From: Ostrea edulis
Taxonomy: Eukaryota
Direction of reading: 5' to 3'
Length of the DNA stretch: 64,000 nt
Assembly: GCF_947568905.1 (NCBI RefSeq)
Contig: NC_079165.1
Coordinates: 28,892,001 to 28,956,000 of the forward strand
Both the position numbers and the translations under genes were made by a program. This document shows, piece after piece, positions 34,901-47,470 of this stretch. The number at the start of each line of letters is the position of its first letter. Within the stretch, counting starts at the first letter, position 1. The notes under the pieces are model-generated. The model saw nothing but the letters and a program-made list of their open reading frames with translations. It was not told where the DNA came from and searched no databases.

Positions 34901-37204
34901 GTTGCTTTTTGTCAACTTTTCTGTAAGGCCCGTTATAGTGCTCACAATAACATTGCTCTGCCTTTCTAAAGCTTTGTTCAGTGAAGAACTGAATAAAGAA
35001 ACGGCCTCTTCATTATATAAACCAAATTCTTCTCCCGGAGTTTCCATGCAATGGTCACTTTCAGCCATAGAGTTTTTGTAGTGTATAAAATTTACCTGTA
35101 CGTAGAGCTAGCGAGCGTGCTTAGAATGCCGCACAAACACATGTTCGCCTATTTATATGCCTTCACCACGTGACCAATACAAATGATATTCGAACCCGAC
35201 TACCTATAAAACACCCGCATATAATTATAATTAGTGATTTTACACTAGAATAAAAAAAAAACTATTTGCTCAGTTAAACAATATTGGAAAATTCCAACAC
35301 CACAACTTTATTATACACTCTATAGTTTTCAGTTATGAAAATATTTACCAGTAAGTTATCCCGTTTTAAATGAAGCCATTGGTAACTGCGTCATATCTGC
35401 AACAATACGGAGAAACTCCAGTACTGGTTAATCATGGCGGTGAGATGGAGATTAATTTTCTATATTGATTTTTCGTGTGTATCCTGAAAACATCGAATCG
35501 ACGTCTTCCTTACCCATTATAACTCAAAAATTTCTTTTCAACTCTATTTAATCCTTATCCATAATTAGATTTTTCGGTTATTATCCCCTTTAAAACACAA
35601 GTGCGTTTCTCGAAAATTCTCAAGACCAGAATTATCCAATAGCGACCATCAGCAAGAAACATGTTCTGAATTTCCTTTCAGAAGAAACGGTAATTTGATT
35701 TCTTCAAAGTGTGGACCAAAGCCTTTTAAGTATAATGCATATTAATGGCTGAGTTCCTTTTAAAACTTGAATGAAATTATAAATATCTGCACATGTATAT
35801 TACTTTTAAATTGAACCATCTAGCTTGGTAGCTGAGTTGGTTTACGTGTCAACTAATGATATGTAGCCCGTGCGTTCGAATCTAGCAGGGTTTTATTTTT
35901 TTCCAGATTACTTTATTACGGGGGTATACTTAGGACACGCGATATTTTTTTTAAATGAAAATTATGTCGTGCGCATGGCTTATTATCTCGTAAGCATGAC
36001 ATAATATCTCTTACGCACGATTTATTATCTCGTGTGTACGACATAATATATTTTGTGAACGACTTATTATCTCGTGCGCATGAGATATTATGTCGTGTGG
36101 ACGAGATAATACATTTAAGTCGTCAAAAGAAAACCAAAAGTGCACAAGAGTTATTCAGTTTAATGCATGCATTTATTAATTCAGAATCAAAACAAACAAC
36201 ACGCAAATAAAATTTCTTAATTTTTTTCCATCTCAATATTAAAGGGCCATGAGAGTGGAGCTCTCCCTATAGGTAACACAGTATTTTTTTTTTTATCCTG
36301 TTATGGGTATAAATACTAATGTCAATACTTTTTGTTTCGCCCTCAAACACGGTCACGCTGTAATACATAACATATGTCATTAATCATATCCAAATTTTTG
36401 CAAATTTGATTAATCTGGTAGAGTAAGTTTTTTTGGTGCGGAGATGTGATTTTGTGACGTCACGGCATGACGGGTCAGGCTTTCGAGGGAATGTTCAAAA
36501 TATGGTTAAAGCATGTTCGTTGTTGGGAGGGACTTTAGACTTCTGAAGCGATGGATGATAAGGAAAATCTTTTTTTTTTTTAGCTTAACTGTGCCGGTTA
36601 ATAGGTTTGTCTCGGCGAATTTAATAATAAAATCGGACCCGAATCGATGAGGAGATCAAATTGTTGTTGCACACTTGCTGTTTGCATATTTATTAATTGA
36701 TAGAGCCCCCCCCCCCCCCCCCCCCCACTCCATTCATATTTATCTATAGATTAAAATTCAGACATCTGTGCTTAAAGTGTTACCTAAAGTACAACACCCT
36801 CCCTTTATATTTTCTAGATCCGCCTTTGGATCTACTATTCTATAAAAGAATCCAAACAATGTAATGTATTTGTATTTACTTCAGTGATATCACGTATCGG
36901 CGGAGGCAGCCCGCTGTGTTCTTTATGCCAGCAAACCCAGGGCCCCTGTGGTTGTCAAAGATTCTGTGCCGGAGGGTGCGGATTCGGAGGAGGGTTTGGT
37001 CCATCAATCTCTCCAACTTATCCTTGGGGAAGCGGGTTTCCAGTCTTCAGACCATACGCAGGCTTTCCATATACGTTTGGGAATTCTTTGTATGTTAACC
37101 GTGGAGGAATTATACCACCATCAGCTTACAGAATGTTTCCGATACAGCACCATGGAGGATATAAGTCGCTAGGCTACGGTGGAGACCTGGAGTACGATGA
37201 TTAG
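31923..37204 (+). CDS. Secreted 149-aa orphan with a six-Cys motif and Gly/Tyr/Pro/Phe-rich tail (exons 31923-32052, 36885-37204)
   Basis: Exon 1 MMTRYILLFMLIAVVQG-VSYPWRGWRAHP..NNQ ends at phase-1 donor GTGAGT. It joins TTTACTTCAG|TG in phase to the ORF ending GDLEYDD*. AATAAA lies at about 37223. Confidence 0.85.
33239..33680 (-). pseudogene. Tyrosine recombinase remnant (N-terminal core-binding domain fused to the extreme C-terminus)
   Basis: Y...FQKFKGWC..LPA...VAVFL..L..SIKWYH..NPC..LMEGG, then in another frame HGRWKSDFSRDNYIKD..L.VTKNL. The central catalytic region is missing. Confidence 0.8.
33709..34613. repeat. 317-bp direct repeat (33709-34025 / 34297-34613; offset 588) occupying the place of RT
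   Basis: Both start TGCAAAGTTGTCCCAC. Twin ORFs start at 33897 and 34485. Confidence 0.9.
34592..35068 (-). pseudogene. DIRS/Ngaro gag-like ORF, 3'-truncated
   Basis: FKHEGHKIQFNFN..RNKILKIADRHGWDTVKEYLDDPLA matches the gag pattern of invertebrate YR retroelements. Confidence 0.75.
35820..35895 (+). mobile_element. Degenerate tRNA-derived SINE head
   Basis: TAGCTGAGTTGG (A box) and GTTCGAATC (B box); stems broken. Confidence 0.35.
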
Positions 37205-38224
37205 TAAATGGAAGAGAGAACGAATAAAATATTGCGCGAGGGTGAGATTGTACAGAAACAAAAACATTTGTCAACTGAAGTAGAAATACCCATAGCTTAT
37301 CACTAAAAATCCTAGATTTCCATCAGTAACAGCACACGCTGTAACATTCTCTACCCAGAGTTCCGTGCGCTGCAGGCACTTGCTACATCTCTGTCAACGG
37401 CGTTTTGCAGAAATCGTGTAAAAGTTTCTCATATGCATCATTTGAGTCTTGCACTAAATATTTGGTCATGCTATGACATAGTTTTGGGTCAATTAAATTG
37501 ATGTTTATGTTGAATTGTTTCAAATCGCTGTTTTATGATGCTGAATTTAGAACTACTTCGTCATTACGCGTATGAATGTAGGACATTCACGTGGTGGAAA
37601 TGATGTAAACATGGAATCGAAAGTAAAGGTGGTTATCAAAAATACAACAAAACTTTAAAAAAAAACCAAAAAACTCAAACAGTTGAATAGTGAAAATGAC
37701 AGTGGGTTATGCAGTGAGTTATGAAAAGAGCCCGATTTGTCACATTTTGCCAAAAGAAAAGGAGAATGATTGTTTATATCATGTGATTAAATTGTCACGT
37801 GATTCCAAACGTTGACAGAGGTGAACGTGAATCTTGCGGAACGCGCCATCTAGTGAGAAAATGACTCTGTAAGCGATGTTTGTATTTGTCTTTTTTGTCT
37901 GCCTGATTATTTCTAACCATTGAAAAAAGATCGAAATTCTAAGTAATGATGAGTTGCACAATAGTTGTAGCATGTTCCACAATGGGACGCCGATCATAAC
38001 CCTACTCTAAAATACGAATGTATGAGATGCTTCAATCGCCTTCAGGAATAAATACACTTTGATTGAGAAGGGGAACAATTTCAAATCGTTATTTGGTGTT
38101 TTCAAATTCAATGCAGATCGTCCTTCCTCTTCTACCGACTCCCGGTACATATTGGCCAATAGCTTGTGTGGAGCGGAGAAGACCAAACACCCTTAGAGAA
38201 GTCGGTATGGAAGAAGCCATGCGT

Positions 38225-39250
38225 CACGAATCCGTTTCACCGTTACTCCTCCTAGGCACCTGATCCCACATCTGGAATATCCAGGGGTCTGTGTTTGCCC
38301 ACTTTCTATTTAGTATTCCTCAAAGGAGTTATGAGATTGATCACTGTTCGTTATCTTCACATTTTATACAGCATGTTAGACCTTTAAAAGCTGTGATGTA
38401 AAATAATGCACTGAACATGCAGTAAAAAGTCAAGAAACACTCTGACATGTAAACATAATTGTACATACATTGGTATTCAAGTACATTAGATTTGTATATA
38501 TTACAGTACTTTTATTTCATCTTTTATTACTAAGCATGTAATTAAAACAGTAATACAAACAATTTTGCATGCCATATTCAGCATCGACTCTCGACCAATA
38601 TCAAATTAATGTCTTCTCGGTTGATAGGGGATAAAATATGGAAAAGAGGTATGCATAATGACTGTATAATGAACTATATAAAAATTGTAAATATCTAATA
38701 AATTGTGAGAGAGATAATGTATTGTCTCCATAAAACAATGGTAATACCCAATAAGTCGTCTGCTATAACGTGTTATATGATAATGATAAATAATAATAAC
38801 GAAAATGTTAATGTTCTATAAACAATTAAAACGAACAGTGATTAATTTCATAAACCCCATAAAGAATAAAGATTTGGAAGGAGGGCAAACACGGATTCCT
38901 GGACACACCAGAGGAGGAAGCACCCCCTATTGACAGCATCCGAAAGCACCCGACCTATTTACAAAGTCATTTTACAAATAAGATCACGATAACGACCACA
39001 GAATTTGCAAACTTTGCCGTGTAACAATACTGTTGAAACCCTGGTAACATCAACTTGTTTGTCACTCTCCTGCCTCCGTGTGACATTTGATTATACACAG
39101 AGCATGCTCTTGTGTATATAATTAGTTGAGAGCCATAATCACCATATTCAGATGATAATGGAATAATGTTACATAAAGATAGGAAGATGAAGATGGAGAA
39201 GCAGAAGTCATTCTGTTTGTCATAAAGTTGAGTTGTTAGCTTGTCGTTGT
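38225..39250. mobile_element. Two PLE fragments (about 38225-38365 on +; about 38825-39250 on -)
   Basis: Family 3' UTR motifs ACTCCTCCTAGGCACCTGATCCCAC and AACGAACAGTGATTAAT. Confidence 0.65.
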
Positions 39251-40639
39251 ATTCATATTTTGATTACATTGCAGATACATTGTAAAATAGCTGTATCAAC
39301 ATATATATATGTATTTCCTGTTAAATGCAGAAATAATACTGTAATAAATCTACGTGCATGTATATGATCACGTTTGGAGTTTTTCATTACATGGACCTCG
39401 TACAAGAAATAATGCGATATAGATATTTTTCTAATAGTTGACCATCTCCCTAAAACTGACCGTTATACAATCAGTAAGCGCATACTGTCACGTATCTACT
39501 GAAGTGTAAATTATTCGTCTACTGAAATGTGCATATTTTTTATCTATCAAAACTGACATGTTATCATTATTTAAAACTGTATTTCATACATTTCCTAAAT
39601 TGTACATCTACTAAAATTGCACATTATACGTGAAATAAGATCTGTATATTATACGTGATCAGAAATTGTATGCCATCTACGAAAACTACGTTATACGAGA
39701 GCTATTCAAAATGTTCGTGGGCGTATGCTATTTTTTCTTTATGATGACGATTGTGGTAATTTGTTAAACAATATTTCAAAGGGCATGGGGATGATTTTGG
39801 TAAAAAGAAAAAAGATCTAGATGAGTTCATCAGAATCAGAAATATTTTACTAAAGTGTCGCATACCAATACAATACCAACGTACAATTCATATATATATA
39901 TATAAAACAATGTTTCAATATTTTAAATAGCAATGATATCCAGCCATATTGACTTATGAGACACTATCATTGAAATACATATCATAATATAACTACGTCA
40001 TATACATATACGTATACTAATAAAGAGATAACCTACGTGGAATGTTCACATTGTTTCCAGGAAATGCTTTTAGGCCTAAACAATCGTGTGTTTATTTGGA
40101 AGAAGGTTGGAGAAGAGTGTCTTCCCGCATGCATCAGTTCAGGCGCGGCGCTGAAACTTGTCGTTAGTTAGATGCTCCAGGGCTGTCTCATTTGGGTGAA
40201 GGCGCTTAGATTAAGTATACTATTTTCAACGGTATTAATGTTAGTAAATACAATAGAATTCTTGAGGATAAATTATGATCAGTAATAGCAAAACTGATAA
40301 TAATAATAAAATAATAAAATAAATAATAACTTCCTATATCAAAAGTTCAAGAGTGCAAAGAAAGAAATTGAATTCCGGGAATAATATGTTTTGGTCAACA
40401 AAATCCCTTAATGCAAATATAATGGAAAAAATATTGACTTCTCTTGATAACAGAACTAGAACGCTGATTTTCGAATATTCATAATGTAATTGACCTGAAT
40501 TGAAACTTGTGCGACATTAAGGAAAACATATCTATGAACTAGGAATGTGTACCGATCCTTAACCGTGAGGAAGTTAAAAATAATCCGGACAAAGGGCTAT
40601 AAAACTGCATAAGGGACCAGCACTAAGTCAAACAAGATT

Positions 40640-40785
40640 TTGTGACCGATCAACAGAGGATGCTTACTCCCCCTAGGTATCTGACCCCACCTCTGGTGTG
40701 TCCAGGGATCCGTGTTTGCCCTCCTCTTAATATTGTTTTTTTTTTTGAATTTATGAGATTGATCACTGCTCGTTATATTCGCTTG
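40640..40785 (+). mobile_element. PLE 3' UTR fragment
   Basis: GTGACCGATCAACAGAGGATGCTTACTCCCCCTAGG...GATTGATCACTG. Confidence 0.7.
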
Positions 40786-41505
40786 TTTATTGACATTTTT
40801 TAACATCCTTTATTTTTCAATGTAGTCACCTGCGTACAGAACTAACCTATCACATCTCCTTAACCATGATTCAGAATAGAACACTAATCACTGTCATCGG
40901 TGTAGATGTTGACAACCGAAGATTTCATATCATTACAGATAGATGCAGCTCTCTCACTGTAAAGTACTCGTGTTTCATAGTGACGTCATTTCGTATTTTC
41001 ATTACATAACAGAGGTATAAGATATGGATCTGGCATTCATCATACAACAAAATAAGTTGATGCCACTTTTAAATCAACAATTTGGATATATTCCGATTAT
41101 TCCATGTTACTTCCGTCATTTTCATTTCTTTAATTTTTTGGGTTTTTCCAGCTTGTCCCGATCAACCCAGAATTTAGTCATTGCACGCTGACGTCGTGTG
41201 TGTGTATGGTTTTGTTTTGTTTTGTTGTTTTTTCTGGCGTTTTCAAAGAAATATTTTTTGCGGTGTTTTCTTGTACATCCTTTATTCCTAAAAAAAACCC
41301 AACAAAATATAAAAACCTGATACTAACGACATCAGAATATCGTGTCACTTGTTTTGTCACATCACAATTAGATTTTACACAGTTTTGACTTGTATTGTGA
41401 AATATTTCACCATTTGAATTCAAGAACGTAAGTGATTACTTTCTTAACCTGGACTGTGCGAGCCCTTCGCTCTTTTTCATTCAATTTAAGCGAATGCATT
41501 TACAA

Positions 41506-41636
41506 CAGTTAAGGATCCAGAGGAAGGATGGTCCGGGGCTAGATCCCCCTTACTTCAGAAAATTTGCTTAAAAGGGTAAAGATAACGCGGAGCCACACGC
41601 CCCCGCCCCCTTAAAAAATTCCTGGATCCGCCCCTG
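41506..41636. mobile_element. 131-bp MITE with CAG..GGATCCAG-type termini and 5-bp TSD TACAA
   Basis: TACAA|CAGTTAAGGATCCAG ... CTGGATCCGCCCCTG|TACAA. Confidence 0.7.
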
Positions 41637-43112
41637 TACAACCAACTTACTGTTACTTGGAATTTCATAATAGATAATTTGGTATACAATATGTAGATAT
41701 AAACTCATTTACATTGACAAAAAAACGCCACTGTATTATACATTTTCAATATCTATAGATATATATAATACAATCCGAAACTAAAATATGTTACGAAAAT
41801 GGGGGTAATAGATATAGCTTAATCAATAATAATTATGTAACCCCCCTCCAAAAAACTTAAGCGGCATTGAATGAATATGAAAGCATGAATAGTAAAACGA
41901 TTGTTGTTTGTAAGCTGTGATCTTCAAAAATATCCATTACGAAGTTGAAGACAATACGATATTGATGATATACAAAATCAGAAAATTCTATAATCTGTCA
42001 CATTTGATTATATAAACTTCTGATTTTCTTAAACATTCGACGACATATCACTAAAATGTCCGTCTTTTGTTTTATTTGTTTCGTGAAAAACAATCAGATT
42101 TCTTTTATTTTCACAATATATGAATGATGCGCAAGATAATTGCGTTTCAGATGTTTTATGGGTTTTCATTGCAAGTGTATGAGCTTTAAAACATGTTTTT
42201 ATATCAATCCCAATGTTACAGATGCACCATATTTAGCGGGGAAAAAACCCCACCCCATTCTTACACACACATGGACGCACGTGTGCGTATTTCATTGAAT
42301 TATTGATAATGCAAAGACAGCATGCCTATTTGAATAAGAGTCAATAATGACAGATTAGATGGAAAAACTTCCTACTGTTTTTTGTCATATATATTTCAAT
42401 CTGATCCACTTTAATGGCATTAATCAACTCCAAGAGAAAGGGTGAACCCCTTCTTTTCTTACAAACTATCAGATGCCAAAGGTACAATCCTTGCTTTTTA
42501 TCATATACTTCATAAAAGTGGCTAAACTACGGTTTTCGGGTTACAATTTCAGTTTATATCGTTTTATCAATACGTGGGGTGACAAACTTCCGGTTTAGGA
42601 AATCATCGCCAAAAAACGTGAAGGTCTCACACTTACTACAGATAGACTTGTTAGATCTTAACCAATCCGCTCTGACACTAATCCTGGTTTTACATAAATA
42701 AACACTTAAAATTACTAAATTACATTTGAGTAATAGGATCGAGATACCGGTGGCAACAATTCTGCTTCATAATCTAGGATTTTGTCTTTGAGTACATAAT
42801 TAATTGACAAGTGTTCATTATTGATCGCATTTGCATAAACAGATCGCATTAACTGCAGCTTTACAATGATAGCATGTACATGTCAACCTTCTTCAATGAC
42901 TGCAGCTTTGGTATAGATTAAACAATCATATATATCGATGGTGCACTTCAATGAATTAATGCATGTTGATAGTTTTAACTGCGAACTGCACACGTCAACA
43001 TCAGGACACCCCAGTCGCCATGCTATTTTCATGACACACTTAGATATATTTACTGCGGTCTTTTCTGTTGACCAGTCATGTTCATCTATCGTGATAGGTA
43101 TCAGAATAAGTC

Positions 43113-43300
43113 TTAGTCAAAACCAGTAGGTAAAGATCAATCTAACAATATTAGTCAAAATCGGAATGTAAAGATCAATCTAACAATATTAGTCAAAATC
43201 AGAATGTAAAGATCAGTCTAACAATATTAGTCAAAATCAGAATGTAAATAACAGTTTAACAATATTAGTCAAAATCGGTGTGTAAATAACAGTCTAACAG
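43113..43300. repeat. 38-bp minisatellite, about 5 copies, derived from PLE sequence
   Basis: TAGTCAAAATCAGAATGTAAAGATCAATCTAACAATAT; period 38. Resembles the minus-strand PLE segment TAGTCAAAATCAGTGTGCCAAGAACGGTCTAACAAT. Confidence 0.8.
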
Positions 43301-43319
43301 TTGGTATAAAACAAGACGG

Positions 43320-44310
43320 TATTAGACTCAAACGACATATTCTATATATAGATCAGCCATCCAAATAATTACTTTGTTAAACGCCACTCTGATTCCACTC
43401 AAAAGTACTCTGAAGTTGAAATGAAAAATATGTTCGAGTTCCTCATTGACAATATCTTCGTGGTCTTTGGTGTTCAGGTCTTCCAACAGTCTGTTGGAAT
43501 CCGCATGGACACGAATTGTGTTCCTTTGTGAGGTGACCTGTTTTTATATTCCTATGATGCAGAATTTATTCACAAACTTCTACGTGAGAAGAAGAAATCT
43601 CTTGCTGTGGCCTTCAATTCGACATTTGGATATATCGACGATTTATTATCAATTAACATAATTTTCATTCATGTGTCGATTCAATATATTCCAGTGAACT
43701 CGAAATAAAAGACACCAGAGAGTCGTCCACTTCTACTTCATACTTCGATATTTTATTGAAAGTAGATATTAACGGCAAAATAACAGCTCAACTTTATGAC
43801 AAATGGGATGATTTCAACTTCTCCATCGTCAATTTCCCATATTTATGTAGCAATATCCCATTATCACCTGCATATGATGTTTACATCTCTCAACTGATTC
43901 GATACGCAAGAGCTGGTTCTGCGTATGGTCAGTTTCTAAATCGAAGCAGCCACTGACAAAACAAGTTGATGGTGCAGGGGTTCCAACAATCTCATTTCGC
44001 AAATTCTATGGTTGTTATAACGATCTAGTTTGCCAATACAACCTATCATTGGGTCAAATGTTGTCTGACGTGTTTCATGCCGATTGCTAGGTCGTTCTTG
44101 GCACACTGATTTTGACTACGGATAACTCCCTTTAACCTAATCAAGATATAGGACTCACGGCGGGTGTGACCAGTCGACAGGGGATGCTTACTCCTCCTAG
44201 GCACCTGATCCCACCTCTGGTGTCCAGGGGTCCGTGTTTGTCCTACTTTCTATTTTGTATTGCTTAGAGGAGTTCTGAGATTGATCACTGTTCGTTATCT
44301 TCGCCTTTCG
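43320..44310 (+). mobile_element. Longest PLE copy: degenerate RT core to 3' end (Naiad/Chlamys-like, no C-terminal endonuclease)
   Basis: FLIDNIFV.FG.QVFQQSVGI.M.TNC.PL..DLFLYSY..YIDD..ELEIKDT..LYDKWDDFNFSIVNFPYLCSNIPLSPAY.VYISQLIRYARA, then a short 3' UTR with no GIY-YIG. Confidence 0.8.
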
Positions 44311-44714
44311 TAAATAAGATAATTATAACAATCATATAATTTTCGAAATTCTAACGACACAATTCAAACATCAACTTGTGTGTCAGTAGTCTGGTTCTGT
44401 TTAGAATTTGATCATTCGCATATCTTGTGCACGCACCCTGTAAACCATTTACAACAAAAACATGTAATAAAATTCAAGAATATAAATTAAAAAGTTGTTA
44501 AAAAACACAATAGATATAAAAGAATTCATATGATATAAGATAATTCCAAATATGGTTTATGAACTGTCGTGCATAATGGTCTACACCTAACAATGTTTGG
44601 GGGGGGGGGTTACACGTAGTTCTGTTTGTAAAGGAGTGTTTGAATTGAAAACGTCATAAGAAGTACTCAAACCGAAAGATCACAATTTATTTGATTTGTA
44701 AATACATGTACAAG

Positions 44715-44970
44715 CTATCACTGGGTTGAATTTTGTATGACGTGTTTCAACGTTCTTTACATACTGATTTTGACTGCGGATTACTCCATTTATATGATCA
44801 AGATATAGGGCTCACGGCGAGTATGACCGGTCAGCTTACTTCTCCTATGCAATTGATCACACCGCTAGTATGTCCAGTGGTCCATGTTTGCCTTAATTGC
44901 TTAGTTGCTCTTAATTGTATATTCTTTATCGGATTTAGGGGATTGCTCACTGTTCATTATCTTCACTTGT
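44715..44970 (+). mobile_element. PLE 3' fragment (diverged)
   Basis: CTGATTTTGACTGCGGATTACTCC..GATATAGGGCTCACGGCG. Confidence 0.65.
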
Positions 44971-45232
44971 TCATACATGTGATATGTTATAGCAACACAT
45001 GCAGAAAATGCTCTCGTCTATCGAATCAATAGCGAAACATTAACACCAATACAGGTGATAATGGAATATCGCTACATAAATATCGGAATCTGACGAGGGG
45101 AAGTAACGTCATTCCGTTTGTCATAAAGTCGAATGTTTTGTTTGCCGTTAACGTCTATGTCTAGTAAAACATTGAAATATTACCTAATGGTATTATTCCG
45201 AGTTTGATGGGATATATCGATTTGATATGTTA

Positions 45233-46720
45233 ATGAAAAATTGAAGATAACGAATAGTGATTAATCTCATAAACTCCTATAAAGAATACACAATCAAAAG
45301 TAGGATACACAAGGATCCCTGGACACACCAGAGGTGGGATCAGACAAACACGGATCCGTGGATACACCAGAGGTGGGATCAGACAAACACAGACCACTGG
45401 ACACACCAGCGGTGGGATCAGGTGCCAAGGAGGATTAAGCATCCACTTAACAGGTCACACCCACCGCGAGTCCTAGATCGGGATCACGTAAACGGAACAA
45501 TCTGCAGTCAAAATAAGTGTCCCAAGAACGGACGGACTAACAATCTGTAATCAAATCAGTGTGTACAGAACGGCCTAACAATTGGTATGAAACACGTCAG
45601 ACAGCATTCGGCCTAATGACATGTTCTATTTTCAAATAAGATCATTATAACGACCATGGTAGAATTTGCGAAACTTAAAACGAGACTGTTAAAACCCCTG
45701 CAATATAAACTAATTTATCAATAACTTACCTCTATTATAATAAAGTGCACCGCCACGGCACATGATACGCCCGTCACATATTGTTAACAGTATAGATTGT
45801 ACCCATTAAAACATTTTTTTAATATCACCTTAATTAAATGTCACAGTGACCTTAAATTAGGATGCGACACACTTTCTACCTAAGATGCATTAGTTGACCA
45901 ATTTTGGTGATTCTAGGTCTAATAGTTTTCAAGTTATGAGCCGGACAAGTTTTTGCCATATATGGCCATATCTTCTTAATGAAAAGTCACAGTGACCTGG
46001 TTTTAATGTGCGACACACCTTCTACCCAAGATGTATCTACAGACAAAGTTTGATGATTCTAGGCCTTGTAGTATTTAAGTTACGGGTCGGACACGAAAAA
46101 GCTAACAGACGGACGGACAGACGGATATCTTCTTAATGAAAAGTCACAGTGACCTGGTTTTAATGTGCGACACACCTTCTACCCAAGATGTATCTACAGA
46201 CAAAGTTTGATGATTCTAGGCCTTGTAGTATTTAAGTTACGGGTCGGACACGAAAAAGCTAACAGACGGACGGACAGACGGATATCTTCTTAATGAAAAG
46301 TCACAGTGACCTGGTTTTAATGTGAGACACACCTTCTACCCAAGATGTATCTATAGACAAAGTTTGATGATTCTAGGCCTTGTAGTATTTAAGTTACGGG
46401 TCGGACACGAAAAGGCTAACAGACGGACAGACGGACGGACATGAACGCCATACCATACCGTCTTAAGACGGGTGTATAAAAACTGGTCATATGCAGAACA
46501 TACTTTTGCGTATCGAATGAATGGAGAGACAGAAACACCATATGCAGGTGATAATGAAATATTGCTGCATAAACGATGGAGAAACTGAAGTCTGTCAAAA
46601 AGATGAGTTGTTACTTTGCCGTTAACATCCATGTTCAATGCAGTGTCCAACTATGAAGACTCTATCGTGTCTTTTATTTCGAGTTCAATGGAAATCACTG
46701 ATTCGACAAATGAATGAAAT
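45233..46720 (-). mobile_element. PLE fragment split by a HINE insertion (pieces about 45233-45733 and 46482-46720)
   Basis: The flanks rejoin into collinear PLE sequence. Contains a 39-bp triplication at about 45305-45420. Confidence 0.7.
45735..46481 (+). mobile_element. Helentron-associated interspersed element (HINE) carrying a 157-bp satellite x3
   Basis: 5' subTIR ATACGCCCGTC (45765) pairs with 3' GACGGGTGTAT (46467). 3' palindrome CCGTCTTAAGACGG, (GACG/GACA)n microsatellite, and units at 45969, 46126 and 46283. Confidence 0.75.
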
Positions 46721-46734
46721 GCACACTATTAATA

Positions 46735-47046
46735 GATGAAAAGGTGAAGATAACGAAAAGTGGTCAATTTCATAATTCCTATGTAGCATACGCAGTAGAG
46801 AGTTTGGTAAACACAGACCCTTAGATATACCAGAGGTGGGATCAGGTACCTAAGAGGAGTAAGCATCTTTTGTCGACCGGTCACACCCACTGCAAGCCAT
46901 ATATCTTAATCTGGTAAACTTAGCAATCCGGAGTCAAAATCAGTGTGCAGAGATATGAAACATGACAGACAGCATTTGGCCCAATGATAGGTTGTATTGG
47001 CAAACTAGATCGTGATAACGACCATAAAATTCGCAAAATCCTGACC
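46735..47046 (-). mobile_element. PLE 3' fragment, target of the Harbinger insertion (continues at about 52881-52910)
   Basis: ...TTCGCAAAATCCTGACC|TTA| then GACTAGAATGTTGAAACCCCTTTAACATCA resumes the family sequence. Confidence 0.75.
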
Positions 47047-47470
47047 TTAAGGCCGCCTCACACTTGTGCGAATTTAGGGAGACGAAGGGGAACGAATGGG
47101 GAAAATGGAAAAAATGCGCGCGAATTCGACGAATTCAAATAAAATTGCCTTCAAATCATCCGATTATAAACTATTGTCAAATATGATCAACGAACGGTAA
47201 GTGAAGGATAAATATGACTTGCGAAGGATCACGATTTTTCGGTTCACTTCTTAGAGTAAATTGTAGCCGAAGGCGAGCGAAGAGTTGATATGGCCCGATA
47301 AGACGAACGGAAAAAAAGCGATGGTTTGATATGACGTGCGATTGAAAACGAAGACGAACGAATAGATCGGGCGTTATCGGACATTTGTGTGTGTGTGGGA
47401 ATATAAAAAGGCGACCAGTTGCGTTCAAATTTCATTTCTGCCAGATAGATCGCAATACAAGCATCGCAAT

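Larger units (their letters stand above)
32668..35233 (-). mobile_element. Internally deleted Ngaro/PAT-type tyrosine-recombinase retroelement with split direct repeats A1..B1-A2..B2
   Basis: A1 35086-35233 = A2 32900-33047; B1 33045-33151 = B2 32668-32774. Gag and YR remnants lie between them; no RT/RNase H. Confidence 0.85.

Noticed and set aside
44150-44230. Hammerhead or complete HDV ribozyme in the PLE 3' UTR
   Set aside because: No CUGANGA..GAAA core and no J4/2 catalytic C could be placed; kept only as a generic structured-RNA candidate.
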